Shown here in pieces: positions 50,396-62,100 of a DNA stretch of 64,000 nt. The stretch comes from Amoebidium appalachense (lineage: Eukaryota > Protista > Ichthyosporea). The notes beneath the pieces are model-generated. The model ran no database searches and was not told the DNA's origin. It worked only from the letters and a program-made list of their open reading frames with translations. The DNA lies in the NCBI GenBank assembly GCA_963693365.1, contig CAVNZM010000006.1, forward strand, positions 11,411,355-11,475,354, given 5' to 3'. The first letter of the stretch is position 1. Every line of letters starts with the position of its first letter. The position numbers were made by a program, and so were the translations under genes.

Positions 50396-53300
50396 TCAGC
50401 ACATGTTGAGCATCCCCACGGCCTTGGTGAAGAAAGAGGCAGACAGGGCCTTGGTGAACATGTCGGCCTTGTTGTCAGCAGAAGCCACCGGGACCACAGT
50501 GATGTTGCCCAGCAGGTGATGTTCCTTGACGGAGCAGTAGCGGACGTCGATGTGCTTGGTCTTGGGCTTAACCCCCAGGGTGTCCAGCAGGGCCCGGGCA
50601 GACTCATTGTCCCCATGGATGGGCACCGGGGTGGGCTCATCGATAGGATTAAGGCCCAGGTCGTCCATCACATAGTTGAGCCAGAGGGCCTCGTTCGTAG
50701 CAGCAGACATGGCCACAAATTCAGCCTCAGTGGAGCTGTGGGTGGTGATGGACTGGAGCCGAGACACCCAGGACACAGGGGAGGAGTTGATGAAGAAGAC
50801 ATAGCCCGTGGTGGAGCGCCGGGTGTCGCGGTCCTCGGCGTAGTCGGAGTCGGAGTAGCCAACAAGGGTGGGGGGGCCGGGACGGTAGACAATACCCAGG
50901 TCGATGGTGGCCAGCAGGTAGCTTACAACTCTGGTAGCCATAGTCCAGTGGGTGACGGTGGGCGCATGAATGTGTCGAGTAAGGACTCCCAGAGCCTGGG
51001 AAATGTCGGGGCGGGTGGTACGCGCAATCCACAGCAGGGCACCGACCAGGCTGGCATAGTCCTCCTTCTTGCTGTGGGCTGGGGTCTTGTTGCTTTCACT
51101 GGCCTGGCCCGGGACGATGGGGGTCTTGGTGCCGGACATGTGGGTGAGACGAAAACGGGCAGCCAAGTCGATGATGTGTTGACGATGGCCCAGACGCAGA
51201 GACCCGTCCTCCAGCCAGGTAAGAGTGTGCCCGATGAGCAGGGTAGGACGACCCAGGTCCTTGGCAGAGAAACGAGCATCCAGCTTGGTGAAAAAATCGT
51301 CGATGAGCGCATCAGTGGCGGCCGTCACGGTGAAGTCATCCACGTAGGCAGCAAGGGCAATAAACATTGGGGTCCCGGCATTCTTGATGAACAGGCACGG
51401 GTCAGCAGCACTCACAATGAAGCCTTGGTCGAGGAGATGGTCACGGAGGGCCTCATACCACTGGCGCGGTGCCTGTTTTAGGCCGTAGAGCGCCTTGTGG
51501 AGCAAGCCGACAGCATGGGGGGCCGAGGGGTTGACGAAGCCAGGGGGCTGCTCAATGTAGATGGTCTCGTTGACGGTGCCGTTGAGGAATGCTGTGTTGA
51601 CGTCGATGTGGCGCAGAGGCAGACCTTGGGCCACGGAGGTAGCCAAAACCAGCCGGATGGTAGCCAGCGCAGCCACAGGTGACTCGGTGACGAAATAGTC
51701 CTGGCCAGGCTGCTGGTAGTTGCCCCGGGCCACAAGCCGGGCCTTGAAAGCAGTGACGTTGCCGACGTTGTCCTGCTTGACCGTAAAGACCCAGCCGACC
51801 GGAATGACAGTGGAGCCATCCTCTGGACGGGGCACAAGGGTGAAGGTGCCGTTGTCTTCCAGGGCCTTGAGCTCACGGTGTGCAGCCTCCTCCCATTTCA
51901 GACGCTGGGGACTCTTGAGTGCAGCCCGGACAGTCTTGGGGACAGCAATGGTGGAAGCCTTGATGGGTGTTGATGCAGGAGCCGTAGCCTGGGGGGCAAG
52001 GGGGGCCGTAGCAGCAGCCACGTTGGCAGTCGGGCCTCGACGTTGGTCGTTGTACACAGCGCCACTACGGGTCGTCCGGGGGAGCCGATGTGCAGGCTCG
52101 GGCAGGATCGGAATGTCCAATTGATCACTCGGCGCTGTCCCATTGGCTGACAGACGAGACGAATCAGATTGCTGATCATTCCGGACGATGTGATTGGCTG
52201 GCTGATTTGACGAATCAGATGACTCCAAAAAATGATGAATTGCCGGTGCGGTCGACCAATCAGATAGGACATCACGGAGGGGGTGCAGAATAGCAGCCTC
52301 GTCGAACTGCACGTCACGGCTGACGGTCATCTTGTGTGCTGCTGGAATCCAGACCTTGTAGCCCTTGATGTTAGGAGGGTAGCCCACGAAGATGCCCTTG
52401 ACGGCACGAGGCGCCAGTTTCGGTGTATCCTGCTGATGGACGTAGCAGGGAGAGCCCCAGACACGGAGCCGGCTGTAGTCGGGAGGAATGCCGGTCCACA
52501 GCAGGGCGGGAGACGATTGGCTGCCGGTGGCTCGCGACGGGAGCATGTTGCGTATAAAAGCCGCGGTCACAGCTGCCTCGGCCCAGAATCCCACCGGAAG
52601 GCCGGACTGCTGCAGGAGTGCCCGAACCATGTCGAGGAGGGTCCGGTTCAGTCGTTCAGCAGTCCCATTCTGTTGAGGAGAGCCGGTGGTAGTGATCTGA
52701 TGGCGAATGCCGTGCTCACGGTTGTAGTCCCCGAAGGCCGTGCCCATGTACTCGCCCCCCCGTCGGACTGAAACACCTGCATGGGAACACCGTGTTGGGT
52801 AACCGCCGCCTTGTGGTACGTCACATATGCAGCCAGTGTGTCCGACTTCTTGACGAGGGGCATGGCCGTGGTGTGGCCGGTGAATTCGTCGTGGAACGTC
52901 GCCAAGTACTGAGCACCACCGATCGCGGGAGGGAAGGGGCCGCTGATGTCGCTGTGAACCTTGGCTAGGACCCGGGGAGCTTGGCTGGTTGATTCGGAGA
53001 AGGCAACACGGTGGGCTTTGCCGAGGGCACAGGGCTCACACACACCCGGAGACTTGGCACCGCCACCCACCAACAGGCCTGCAGACTTGATGACCGAGCG
53101 TACAGCGTCAATGCCAGCATGGCCCAGACGGTAGTGCCACGTGTTGAGGTCGGCAGTAACCTTGAGGATACGCGGAGCAGTGGTGGTTTGGGCGTCCGGG
53201 GTTGTGTCCGCGCGCAGAAGAGACACCGCCATGTGGTACAGCTTGGTGCCGACAGCCGAGCCGGTGGCCAGAATTTGATCGCCGTAGCACAACTTAACGC

Positions 53301-54693
53301 CGCCGCGGGTGTCAAAGCGGGGTAAAACGCCGTTGGTAGATGCCGTGAACACACTGATGAGAGTGTCGGGGATGGAGGGCACGTAGAGTACATCCGTCAG
53401 CTGATGCACCGCAGTAACGCCGTCGATGGTGCTGGAAAAGAACACGTCGCCCACCCCAAGCACTGCACATGCACCCTTGTCGGCTACTTGGACCGTGGAG
53501 TAAGGCGCCGCACGCATGTTGACGAACACATCGGGCCGGGGGCACACATGGTCAGTGGCTCCAGAGTCGAGGAGCACCTTGTTGGTGCCACAGTCGTTGC
53601 TAGACATGAGGAAAGCCCGGGGAGCGGCAGCCCCCCCCTTGCACTGTGCCGTAGTGTGGGTAGTAGAGGCAGGGTGGTTGATGCAGGACCCAGGCGGGAG
53701 GGGACCACCCTTAGGTTTGCGGCCGTTGGCACGGTTGCCCCCCTTGCACATGGCGGTAGTGTGACTGGTAGACAGTGGGTGGTTGACGCAGGAACCCTTG
53801 GGGTAGGTGCTGGCACGGTTGTTGCCAGAGTTGCTGTGTTGGCCGTTGCCGTTGGGGCACTGAGACTTGATGTGGCCTGGTTTGCCGCAGCCGTGGCAGA
53901 TGACAGGTTGAGGAGCCCGTGTGGTGAAGGCGGCCGGCCCGGAGCTGGTAGTCACACGTGCACGTGGGTGGCTGGTCTCATATGCCCGTAGCTGTTGGAG
54001 GAGGCCCATCACGGTAGGCTTGGGTGTCATCTTGTAGGCAATGACAGGCATTTCGTAGTAAGGCACCTTGCCGAGGTCGTTGGTGAGCTTGGTCAGCACT
54101 TGAGCATCACCAATTTGTGTGCCGTAATCGGCCAGGCGCCGCACGTAGCCGCGGAGCTTCATGGCGTATTTCGTCGCGGTGTCCGTAGGTTCAGGCGTAG
54201 AATTCATGTACAGCCCGATAAGGTCGTACTGATTGGCCTCAGATTGCTCCAGGTAGTGGGCAGATAGGGCCGACCATATCTCCGCAGGTGTGGTGGTGCG
54301 TGTTAACCCTAGGATACAACGCACATCAACCGAGAGTGCTTGCCACAGGTAGGAACGGGCAGTGTCGACCTGTTCACGGGTAGCCGGGTGCTCCGAACTG
54401 GGCGCGATGGTGTGGAGAAGACCAGCACCAGAAAGCTGGACATACATGGTTTCGGCCCATGTGTGGTAGTCCGTGCCTGAATCATTATCAATGCCAGTGA
54501 AGAGAGGGATGTCGACCTTGAACTTGATGGAATCATTACGTGAGGGGCCCATAACCCTGTTGGACATTGTGTTCATAGAAGCTAGTTCTAGTGCACGTTG
54601 TTCCTTCTGTAAGTCAGAAATGATTGCATCTTGTGAGGCCAACCTCTGCTCCAGTAGTTGGACTAGTTGCTGCAACTGTAAGTTGTCAGACAT
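50396..54693 (-). CDS. Copia B gag-pol polyprotein (single frameshift in a G run at 52755-52761 in the integrase core)
   Basis: CHGCGKPGHIKSQC, LLDSGATDH, WHYRLGH...CEPC, VHSDISGP, QSDGG(G)EY split by a G7 run that needs G8, NGTAER, KARLVARG, YVDD, GYSDSDYA, KHIDVRY, ADMFTKAL. Confidence 0.93.
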
Positions 54694-55323
54694 AGTGTCG
54701 TGTATGATGGGTAACTAGTCTATGTGTTTTGTGCACTGAAAACGACAGTAGAAAAGTGTAAATCAAACATTCTGCTTCCCATGTTTGTGACATGGGAGGC
54801 ACTGCTTTATATAGTCGTTGGCCACCTCATGGTGGCCTCGTGTGCACCCTGGTGGTGGGCCATGTACAGCATGGCCGAAAAGAGAGCACAATGAAAACAA
54901 GTCGTTAAAGATATAAAAGTTAACTGTGCACGTTGAGTGGCTAGTTAACTTGCACTAAAGCACACAAATAAACGTGTTTAACACACCAATTGCAGTTAAA
55001 CGTAAATCTTACTTCACACAACTAAAAATATTCTGAGAATATCCGGGAATAAAGCACACTACCACTCTAAGAATAGAATCCTGTGGCAAATATAGACATG
55101 ACATCATCTGAACCGGGAATATTAATTAATGAGCACAATTAGCACGTTGCTAGTGAAGCTCGTCATTGGTACAGTTTTGGCTCAAACATATAACTACCAT
55201 ATATGAATATGACCGTAAACAAAAAACTCTATGCACTCGAGTGAGTGTTGAAACAATTATTCAATTGCTCAGAAACTTTCTCTAACAGACATTGCTAGCC
55301 GGGAGTACCAGTGTACTCCAACA
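54558..55323 (-). repeat. 5' LTR of copia B (contains the gag start codon)
   Basis: TATATAAA on the minus strand at about 54813-54806. ATG at 54693 lies 136 nt inside the LTR. Confidence 0.96.
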
Positions 55324-55328
55324 ATGTC

Positions 55329-56604
55329 CTCCTCCGTCCGTGCCCTCCTTGCCATCGGTGTGGACGGCAACCATGAGATTCATCAACTCGACGTCTCAAC
55401 TGCCTTCCTCAACAGTCCTCTTCAAGAAGACATCTACATTGAGCCACCACCTGGCTTCATCACCCCCGGCAACGAACACAAGGTCTGGAAACTTAAGAAG
55501 GCACTCTACGGCCTCAAGCAAGCATCACTGGCCTGGTATGAGTACTTCGACAAGGTCCTCCTTGCTCACGGTCTCGAACGTCTCCGTTCAGATCCATGTG
55601 TCTACATCAAGACCTTCCCCAACGGTGACATCATCCTCACTGGCAACTATGTGGACGACGTCATCATCATCTGCACGGCCAACTCTTCCCACACCAAGGA
55701 TCTAGTAGACCACATCATGAAGTCAGCTCTCTGCAAGGTTGACCTTCCCGACATCTTCCTTGGCACCCAGCTCATCCACACCCCCGGTCACCTCAAGCTG
55801 CTTCAACAATCCTACATCAACGACATCGTCAGAGACTTCAACCTCAACGATGCCCACCCCAAGGCTACTCCCATTCCCGTCGGCACCGTCATCACCATCA
55901 ACGAGAACGACTCACCACCCATCAATGTTCCCTACCGTGAACTACTCGGCCGTCTTTTGTGGGTTGCTCGTTGTTCCCGGCCTGACATCTCCTTTGCCAT
56001 CGGCTACCTCGGTAGATTCAGTGCCAACCCCACCAAACTTGCATGGGAATGTCTACTCCGTGTAGTTCGGTACCTCATCGGCACTTCCAACCTCGGCCTT
56101 CACTACGACAAGTCTGCTTCCGACGACAACACCCCCTTGCTGGAGTGTTATTCTGATGCTGACTTTGCCAACTGCCCCAACACCCGTCGTTCAACCACCG
56201 GATACGTCATCTTCTTCAAGGGCATACCCATCACATGGTATTCGAAGCTGCAGTCCATCACGGCAACATCCACCACCGAGGCTGAGCTTCTGGCCATCAA
56301 TGCTGCTGTTCAAAACGTCATCTGGCACCGTGATCTCCTCCGTGAACTCGGCTACCCGATGACCGACCCCACCCCCGTCTACTGTGACAACCAGTCCACC
56401 ATTGCCCTCCTGCACACCAACAGCATCAAGCACCGGACCAAACACATTGCAGTCCGTTACCACAACACGAAGGACTACATCAAGAGTGGGGATGTGGTCG
56501 TCACCTACGTGTCCAGCAAAGACAACGTGGCTGACATCTTCACCAAGCCCCTGCCCGGGCCCTCCCACGAGCAGCACCGTGATTCACTCAGTCTTCGTGA
56601 CTGA
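55329..56604 (+). CDS. Copia A RT and RNase H (continuation after element B)
   Basis: HQLDVSTAFLN, LKKALYGLKQA, YVDD, YSDADFA, STTEAE, KHIAVRYH, ADIFTKPL. Removing B and one TSD copy restores the in-frame SPVVMSSSVRALL. Confidence 0.95.
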
Positions 56605-56605
56605 G

Positions 56606-56648
<43 letters not shown>

Positions 56649-57133
56649 TCATCTACAGTGGTCTTCAAGTAGGTTGGGGCCCTGGCCAGTGGTCTACACA
56701 TCACCGTGTAGAGACACCTCCCAACGAAAGTCTACTGCTGTCTTCATCGATCTTCAGTGTGTGCATCTTCAGTGGGGATTTCTTCTCCACCATCCGTCGT
56801 TTATTTATATACCATCATATATATAATGTATAAATCATTAGCCACCAACACGTCACACATACACTAGTTGTTTCTTCTATATATATTTATATATCATCAT
56901 TGGCTACCGTCATCTTCCGAGTCTTCAGAGGCAACCGTCGTTGTGTGCTTCTTCCGTTTTGGTTTTCTGAAGTTCCCCGGCTTGCACCTCCAAGTCTTCT
57001 CCAATTGTCTTCTCGAGTGGGGAAACTTGACTGTGACTTCACGGCACCTACTTCTACATGTGTGAGGGTCTTAACATCAACAGTCACATCAACAAACTTC
57101 ACGAGAACCCAACTTCCAACCCTTGAGTGGGGA

Positions 57134-57841
57134 TGTCATCTTCACTTGATTCTCAGCAAGACTTAGAAGTTGAGTTTGGTATTTATTTATTAGTTGTTGT
57201 AGTTTGTTTCCTTTTCCTTTCTTCATTTCTTTCTTTCTTTTCCGTTTCCGTGTACACGACATCTTAGATCTGTGTACGTATCGACATACTTAGCTCGCGC
57301 ACACGTATTGTCGTTTGCGTCAAAATCTATATATGTCATCCAATCATATCTCGTTTGTATTTTCCCAAATATAGTAACTTACATTCCTTTCTCATTCCTT
57401 TCCCACGACGTAGCATTGTGCTATGTTCTTCAACTATTAGGAATAATTATATTTAGACGTGTTATGATAAGAACATGTATAAATATATGTTATGAATTAA
57501 TAGTTACGTAAGTGGTTTCATTTTATTAAATGTTTCCGTGCTTTTATTAGAAGTTTCTTTCATTAGAGGATTGAGTTTTATATTCTAAATGTCGACAGAC
57601 ATTTTATTCGATATATTTTACACTCATAGTTTTCATTCTTTTGATTGGTTTATCGTTTCACATTCCCAAGTATAAAAAGGACCTCATCTTGAAATAAATC
57701 ACAAGCAGTCGTATTCATTTCCTATGGTTCCAGAAATCGTTCCTCCTCTCCGGTTGTGTTTATCCCGTGTGTCTCTGTGTTGTGTATATCATAACACCCA
57801 TCTGTGCTCTCTGCTTCTCCGTTTACCCACACAAAATAACA
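57134..57841 (+). repeat. 3' LTR of copia A
   Basis: Direct repeat of 45606-46313, preceded by the PPT and followed by the TSD. Confidence 0.97.
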
Positions 57842-58963
57842 CCCCACCCCACCTCCTGCCCCTGCTCTGCGCGAAGTCGTAAAAGTCCCTCAGAGTCTCT
57901 CAACAACAACCCCTCCCCCCTCCCCCCCTGGTCTGTCTTTCTCCCCGGTGCTGAGGAACGACATCACAGCAACAAGCACGGTGATCTCCTCTTTAAAAAG
58001 GAGGTGTTAATTTTTGTTTTTGGCCATGTTCGTGCATGAAGAGCCATCTCAATAGAATGGGGCAGCCCAGCACACGCACAGTCCACGCCATAAACAAGCA
58101 TTTGTACCAACAAGCACACCGACAAGGTCAGGGACCCCCCCCCCCCCCCCCCCCCCCCGAGCCCCCCCGCCCAACTCCCTCCGTCCCTTACCCACCAACC
58201 CATCCATCCACCCACACCACCACCACCCCAAAAAGTTGGAAGAGAAAGGGAGGGACCGGAGAGGGGGGGGAGGGGGGGGGGATTTGACCTTTTTTTTTCT
58301 TCTTATTCAGTACCGCTGCGAAGTGGTGGGTACCACTCCCATGGGACCTATTACCTACGTTCTAGACTGAGTCCGTCAGACAGACATGGCAGAACGCTCG
58401 GACTATACTATTTACAAAAATTTAAGGGGGGGTTGGATTTTAGCTAACTGTGGTGTAGCTTTTGGGGGGTCCGAGTTCGAAATTTCAAGCGTCTGCTGAC
58501 GGGGGTCTAAGGTGGTGTGCTGGTGCTGTGGGGTTGAGAGTGGAGGGATGTGTGTGGTGTCCCATGTCATGTAGTGTGGTGGTGGCTGCTATGTGTCTGT
58601 AGGTGGTGGGGGTTGCACTCTGTTTTACGGTGGGTATATATCTGCACCTGCACTGCAAAATCCGTAATCGCAGAATCGTGCCCGATTTGTGCCTACGATA
58701 GGGACGATTCGGTGCCTATAAAGTCGGGCCGGCCGATGGCCGATGTCGTTCTTGAGATTTTGTGTGCGGAGGCTCATGCGCGCGCCCAAAGAAATGCACA
58801 AAGAGTCATCAGCACATTCCTGTGACTCATACCTTATGTAGCCGCTCGTGCTGTAAGTTTGGAATGCAAAGTCAAGATTGCGATCACGTCACCCCGAACG
58901 TGCGCGAGATTAGGCTCACGTGTCTAGGACGTCTGGACGGTCTAGCCCGATCATGTCCCAGCA

Positions 58964-59012
<49 letters not shown>

Positions 59013-59154
59013 GAAAAAAATAAAATAAAAAAAATAACGGGGGAACCAGGCAATAAATTGGCACCACAAACAGATTTTTTCTCGTCGTTTTTATTAGCCA
59101 TATCGTTGACACCGCACACAGGTTGTTGTGGCGCTGGCTTACAGCCTGCAGTAC

Positions 59155-62100
59155 TGTTGTATAATATGATCGTGTGTCTGTGACAAACAATATGTTTATA
59201 AATGAACGGGGTTGACTAGACCACGCTTTGCTTAGTTACGTGCTAGTCCTACTTACACCTAGTAAGCCGAGCACACTGAGTGAGCTCTGAAGCCCCCGAC
59301 ATGCCCTTATATCGGAGCTCGCACAGCGGCTCAGACATGCGCATCGGTATGTGCTTTTTGGCTACGAGAGCCAATCACATACGGTTCACGGTTCTGTCCC
59401 ATGGCTATCACGGTTCCAATAAACCTAGTGAGCCAATCGGGTGACAGTACTTGATTATCGATGCATTCCACAGTCATACCTCACGGCTACTTGCATATTT
59501 TCCCATGATAAAACTATAACTTAACGCTCATGGTTCCTCTACTACGTGTCGGTCCCATGTGGCTATTATATCTGTTTTCCCATGAATAATCCTGCAAGTT
59601 GCACGTGCACATATGTTTAACTCCATGCTCATGCGCACAAGACTGGGGGAGACATGCATACTGGCCTACCTAAGATCAAACACAGTGGTATATATACATG
59701 TACACGTGTGCGTATATCTCAACCTGTGTACATCCATACTAGATATCCGGTATAATATACCACACGCCCCACCGTAAAAAGAAGTATGTCGTCCTCGACA
59801 TAGGTCACCATGCTCCACACAATGAGTCAATGTATCCGTGGAACGATGCAAGGTCACCTCTGCGTTGGTGGAACTCCCGGATCTTGTCCGGGCAGGCTAA
59901 GTCTTTCTCACACTCCCAAGAGGTGAATGAATCATCTTTGCCTGCCCACTTGATCTGGTACCACTTGTAAGGGGTGGATTGCTTGCGCCGTTTCTGAATT
60001 CTTACGTCAAGCACCTTTTCCACCACCCACTCGTCCGGCAGAACCTTGTTGAAGTTGTGACTATCGCCCGTGTCCGGGAGGTGAGAGAGATCTTGAGGCC
60101 GAATTCTATTTTGCTCACTCAATTCAAGCTGAATATCGTCCACGTGCCACTTAGATTTCTTCATAGTTGCTAAGCTTCGGATCTCGTACGTGACCGGGCC
60201 GACCCTTTTGACGATTTCGTAACCCGTAATCCACCATACATCCCAGGCACCGATATTTTTGGCTTGATTCCGAACACGTATCCGTGCACCCTTCTTAAAT
60301 TCACGAGCCACCGAGGGGCCTGGGGGCTCTCGTACGGCACGTTGCTGGACCACAGCACGGAGCAGAGGCAGACGGGCTAGTAACTCTCGCCGGTATGCCT
60401 TCCACTCTGGGTCCTTGAGTGCCGGGTGGTTACTGCTAAGAAGGGCAACGTCAGGGAATTGTGTTGCTTCTTGCCCGTACACAAGATAATACGGTGTACA
60501 TTGCAAAATTTTGTGTGTTGTTGTGTTGTATGCATGTGTAACCACCGGCAACAGAGTGTCCCAATTAGTGTGCTCATAATTAACGTACTTTGAGAGTGCA
60601 TTATTAATAAATCTATGAGACCGTTCATTCAGAACCGTTGCTTTGTGGGTGATATGCAGAGGTGCTCACTTGTGCAATATTTGCTATACGGCAAATCTCA
60701 ATAATTAGCTCATTGAGAAATTCTGATCCTTGATCACTCAAGAGTGTACGAGGGGGGCCGTGTATATAGCAAATTACATTCATGAGTGCATGTGCAACAT
60801 TAACGGCATGCTTAGATTGGATGGGCACAGTGATTAAATACTTCGTTGCCATATCCATAAACACACAAATGAAAGTATTACCATTTTTCGTTTCTGTGAA
60901 CGGACCCATAAGGTCAACAGAAACACGAGAGAACATTTTTAAATTTTCGTATCTCTGTTCAAATGGCCTACTTCTCAAGTGTGGGTTATCGTTACGGCCT
61001 TGGCACTGTGTGCAGGCATTCACATAAGCAGTGATATCTTTGTGCATGCGTGGCCAATAATAATTGTATAATCTTTCGTAAGTTCGTTCAATGCCAGTAT
61101 GAGCCCCCCCGTCGTGCACACTTCTTAATAAATCAGCACGAAGGATTTCGGGCACATACAGGCAACGACGACCATCCTTAGCCACATGATAAAGCACGTC
61201 ATCCTCTATCACACACATTTGTGCTATTTTCTTAACCTTTTTGTATCCGAAATACTCAAGATTAAGACCGTGTGCAGCTCGTTCCCCCCCTGCCTGCCAT
61301 TCCCGTTTGGCCTCGGCATCGAGGGAGGCAAGCCACCGGAGCCACGTGATTATATCCTTACACATTTTGTCCCCCCCCTGTGCCATCATAATTGCTTCCT
61401 TCTGATAGCCGGCACCACCGAGTGCAGAAAGGGAGGGCAGGCCGGCTTGACTGAGTGCAGAAATTTGTGCACATTTCAAGCGGTCTGGATCGAAAATGTG
61501 TGTGAATTCGAGTGCATCACCCCAATCAACAAACACTTCGGCTGGTGTCGAGCTAAGCTCAGATAAATCTGCTGTGAGAACCTCTTGTAATTCCTTTTTC
61601 ACATCCCACCTTTCCAGTGGTATGTTTTCGTTCTCATGCAGAATATATCCTATACGGCTTAACCCATCAGCATCGTGCATGGTAGGGCCAGGACGGTAGT
61701 ATAGATCGAAATCATACTCCTGCATTTCCAAAGCCCACCGTTGCATCCGTTCGTTTGCTATCCGTTTGACACCTTTAAGAGAAAGACAGGGCTTATGGTC
61801 ACTTTCCACAATAGTATTCACTCGACCATACACGTACACCCTAAACTCTTTCAGTGCCCAATAGATTGCATGCGTTTCTCGTTCGATGTTGCTCCACCTA
61901 CGTTCGGTAGGTTGAAACATCCGGGAGGCATATGCCACCGTGCGGAACTTGCCATCTTTTTGTTTTTTGATACAGGCAAGCCCCTTCCGAGAACCGACTA
62001 GCATCACAACGAATAAGAAACTGACCCCCCGTGGGGGAAAGATCGGGCAGGGCAAGCACTTCCTCCGATAACGCCGATTTGAAATCTTTAAACGAGCGAT

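Larger units (their letters stand above)
49473..55323 (-). mobile_element. Ty1/copia LTR retrotransposon B, nested in the RT of element A in reverse orientation
   Basis: LTRs 54558-55323 (5', 766 bp) and 49473-50210 (3', 738 bp) with TGTTGGA...TCCAACA ends. TSD ATGTC at 49468-49472 and 55324-55328. PBS GGGTTATGGGCCC (54557-54545); PPT TTGAGTAGGGG next to 50210. Confidence 0.97.
45606..57841 (+). mobile_element. Ty1/copia LTR retrotransposon A (full length, interrupted by nested element B)
   Basis: 708-bp TG...CA LTRs at 45606-46313 and 57134-57841. 5-bp TSD CCCCA at 45601-45605 and 57842-57846. PBS-like GGTTTACGGCCC at 46314; PPT GAGTGGGGA at 57125-57133. Domain order is gag-PR-INT-RT-RH. 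Confidence 0.97.

Noticed and set aside
50366-51481. 371-aa plus-strand ORF and similar ORFs overlapping the LTR elements
   Set aside because: They are antisense shadows of the GC3-rich pol reading frames, with no independent motifs.
52740-52775. Programmed gag-pol frameshift in copia B
   Set aside because: The shift falls inside the integrase core (SDGGGEY) at a G homopolymer, not at the gag/pol boundary. An indel or sequencing error is more likely.
58651-58680. CACTGCAAAA as a CACTA/EnSpm terminus
   Set aside because: No matching inverted end is visible in the window.
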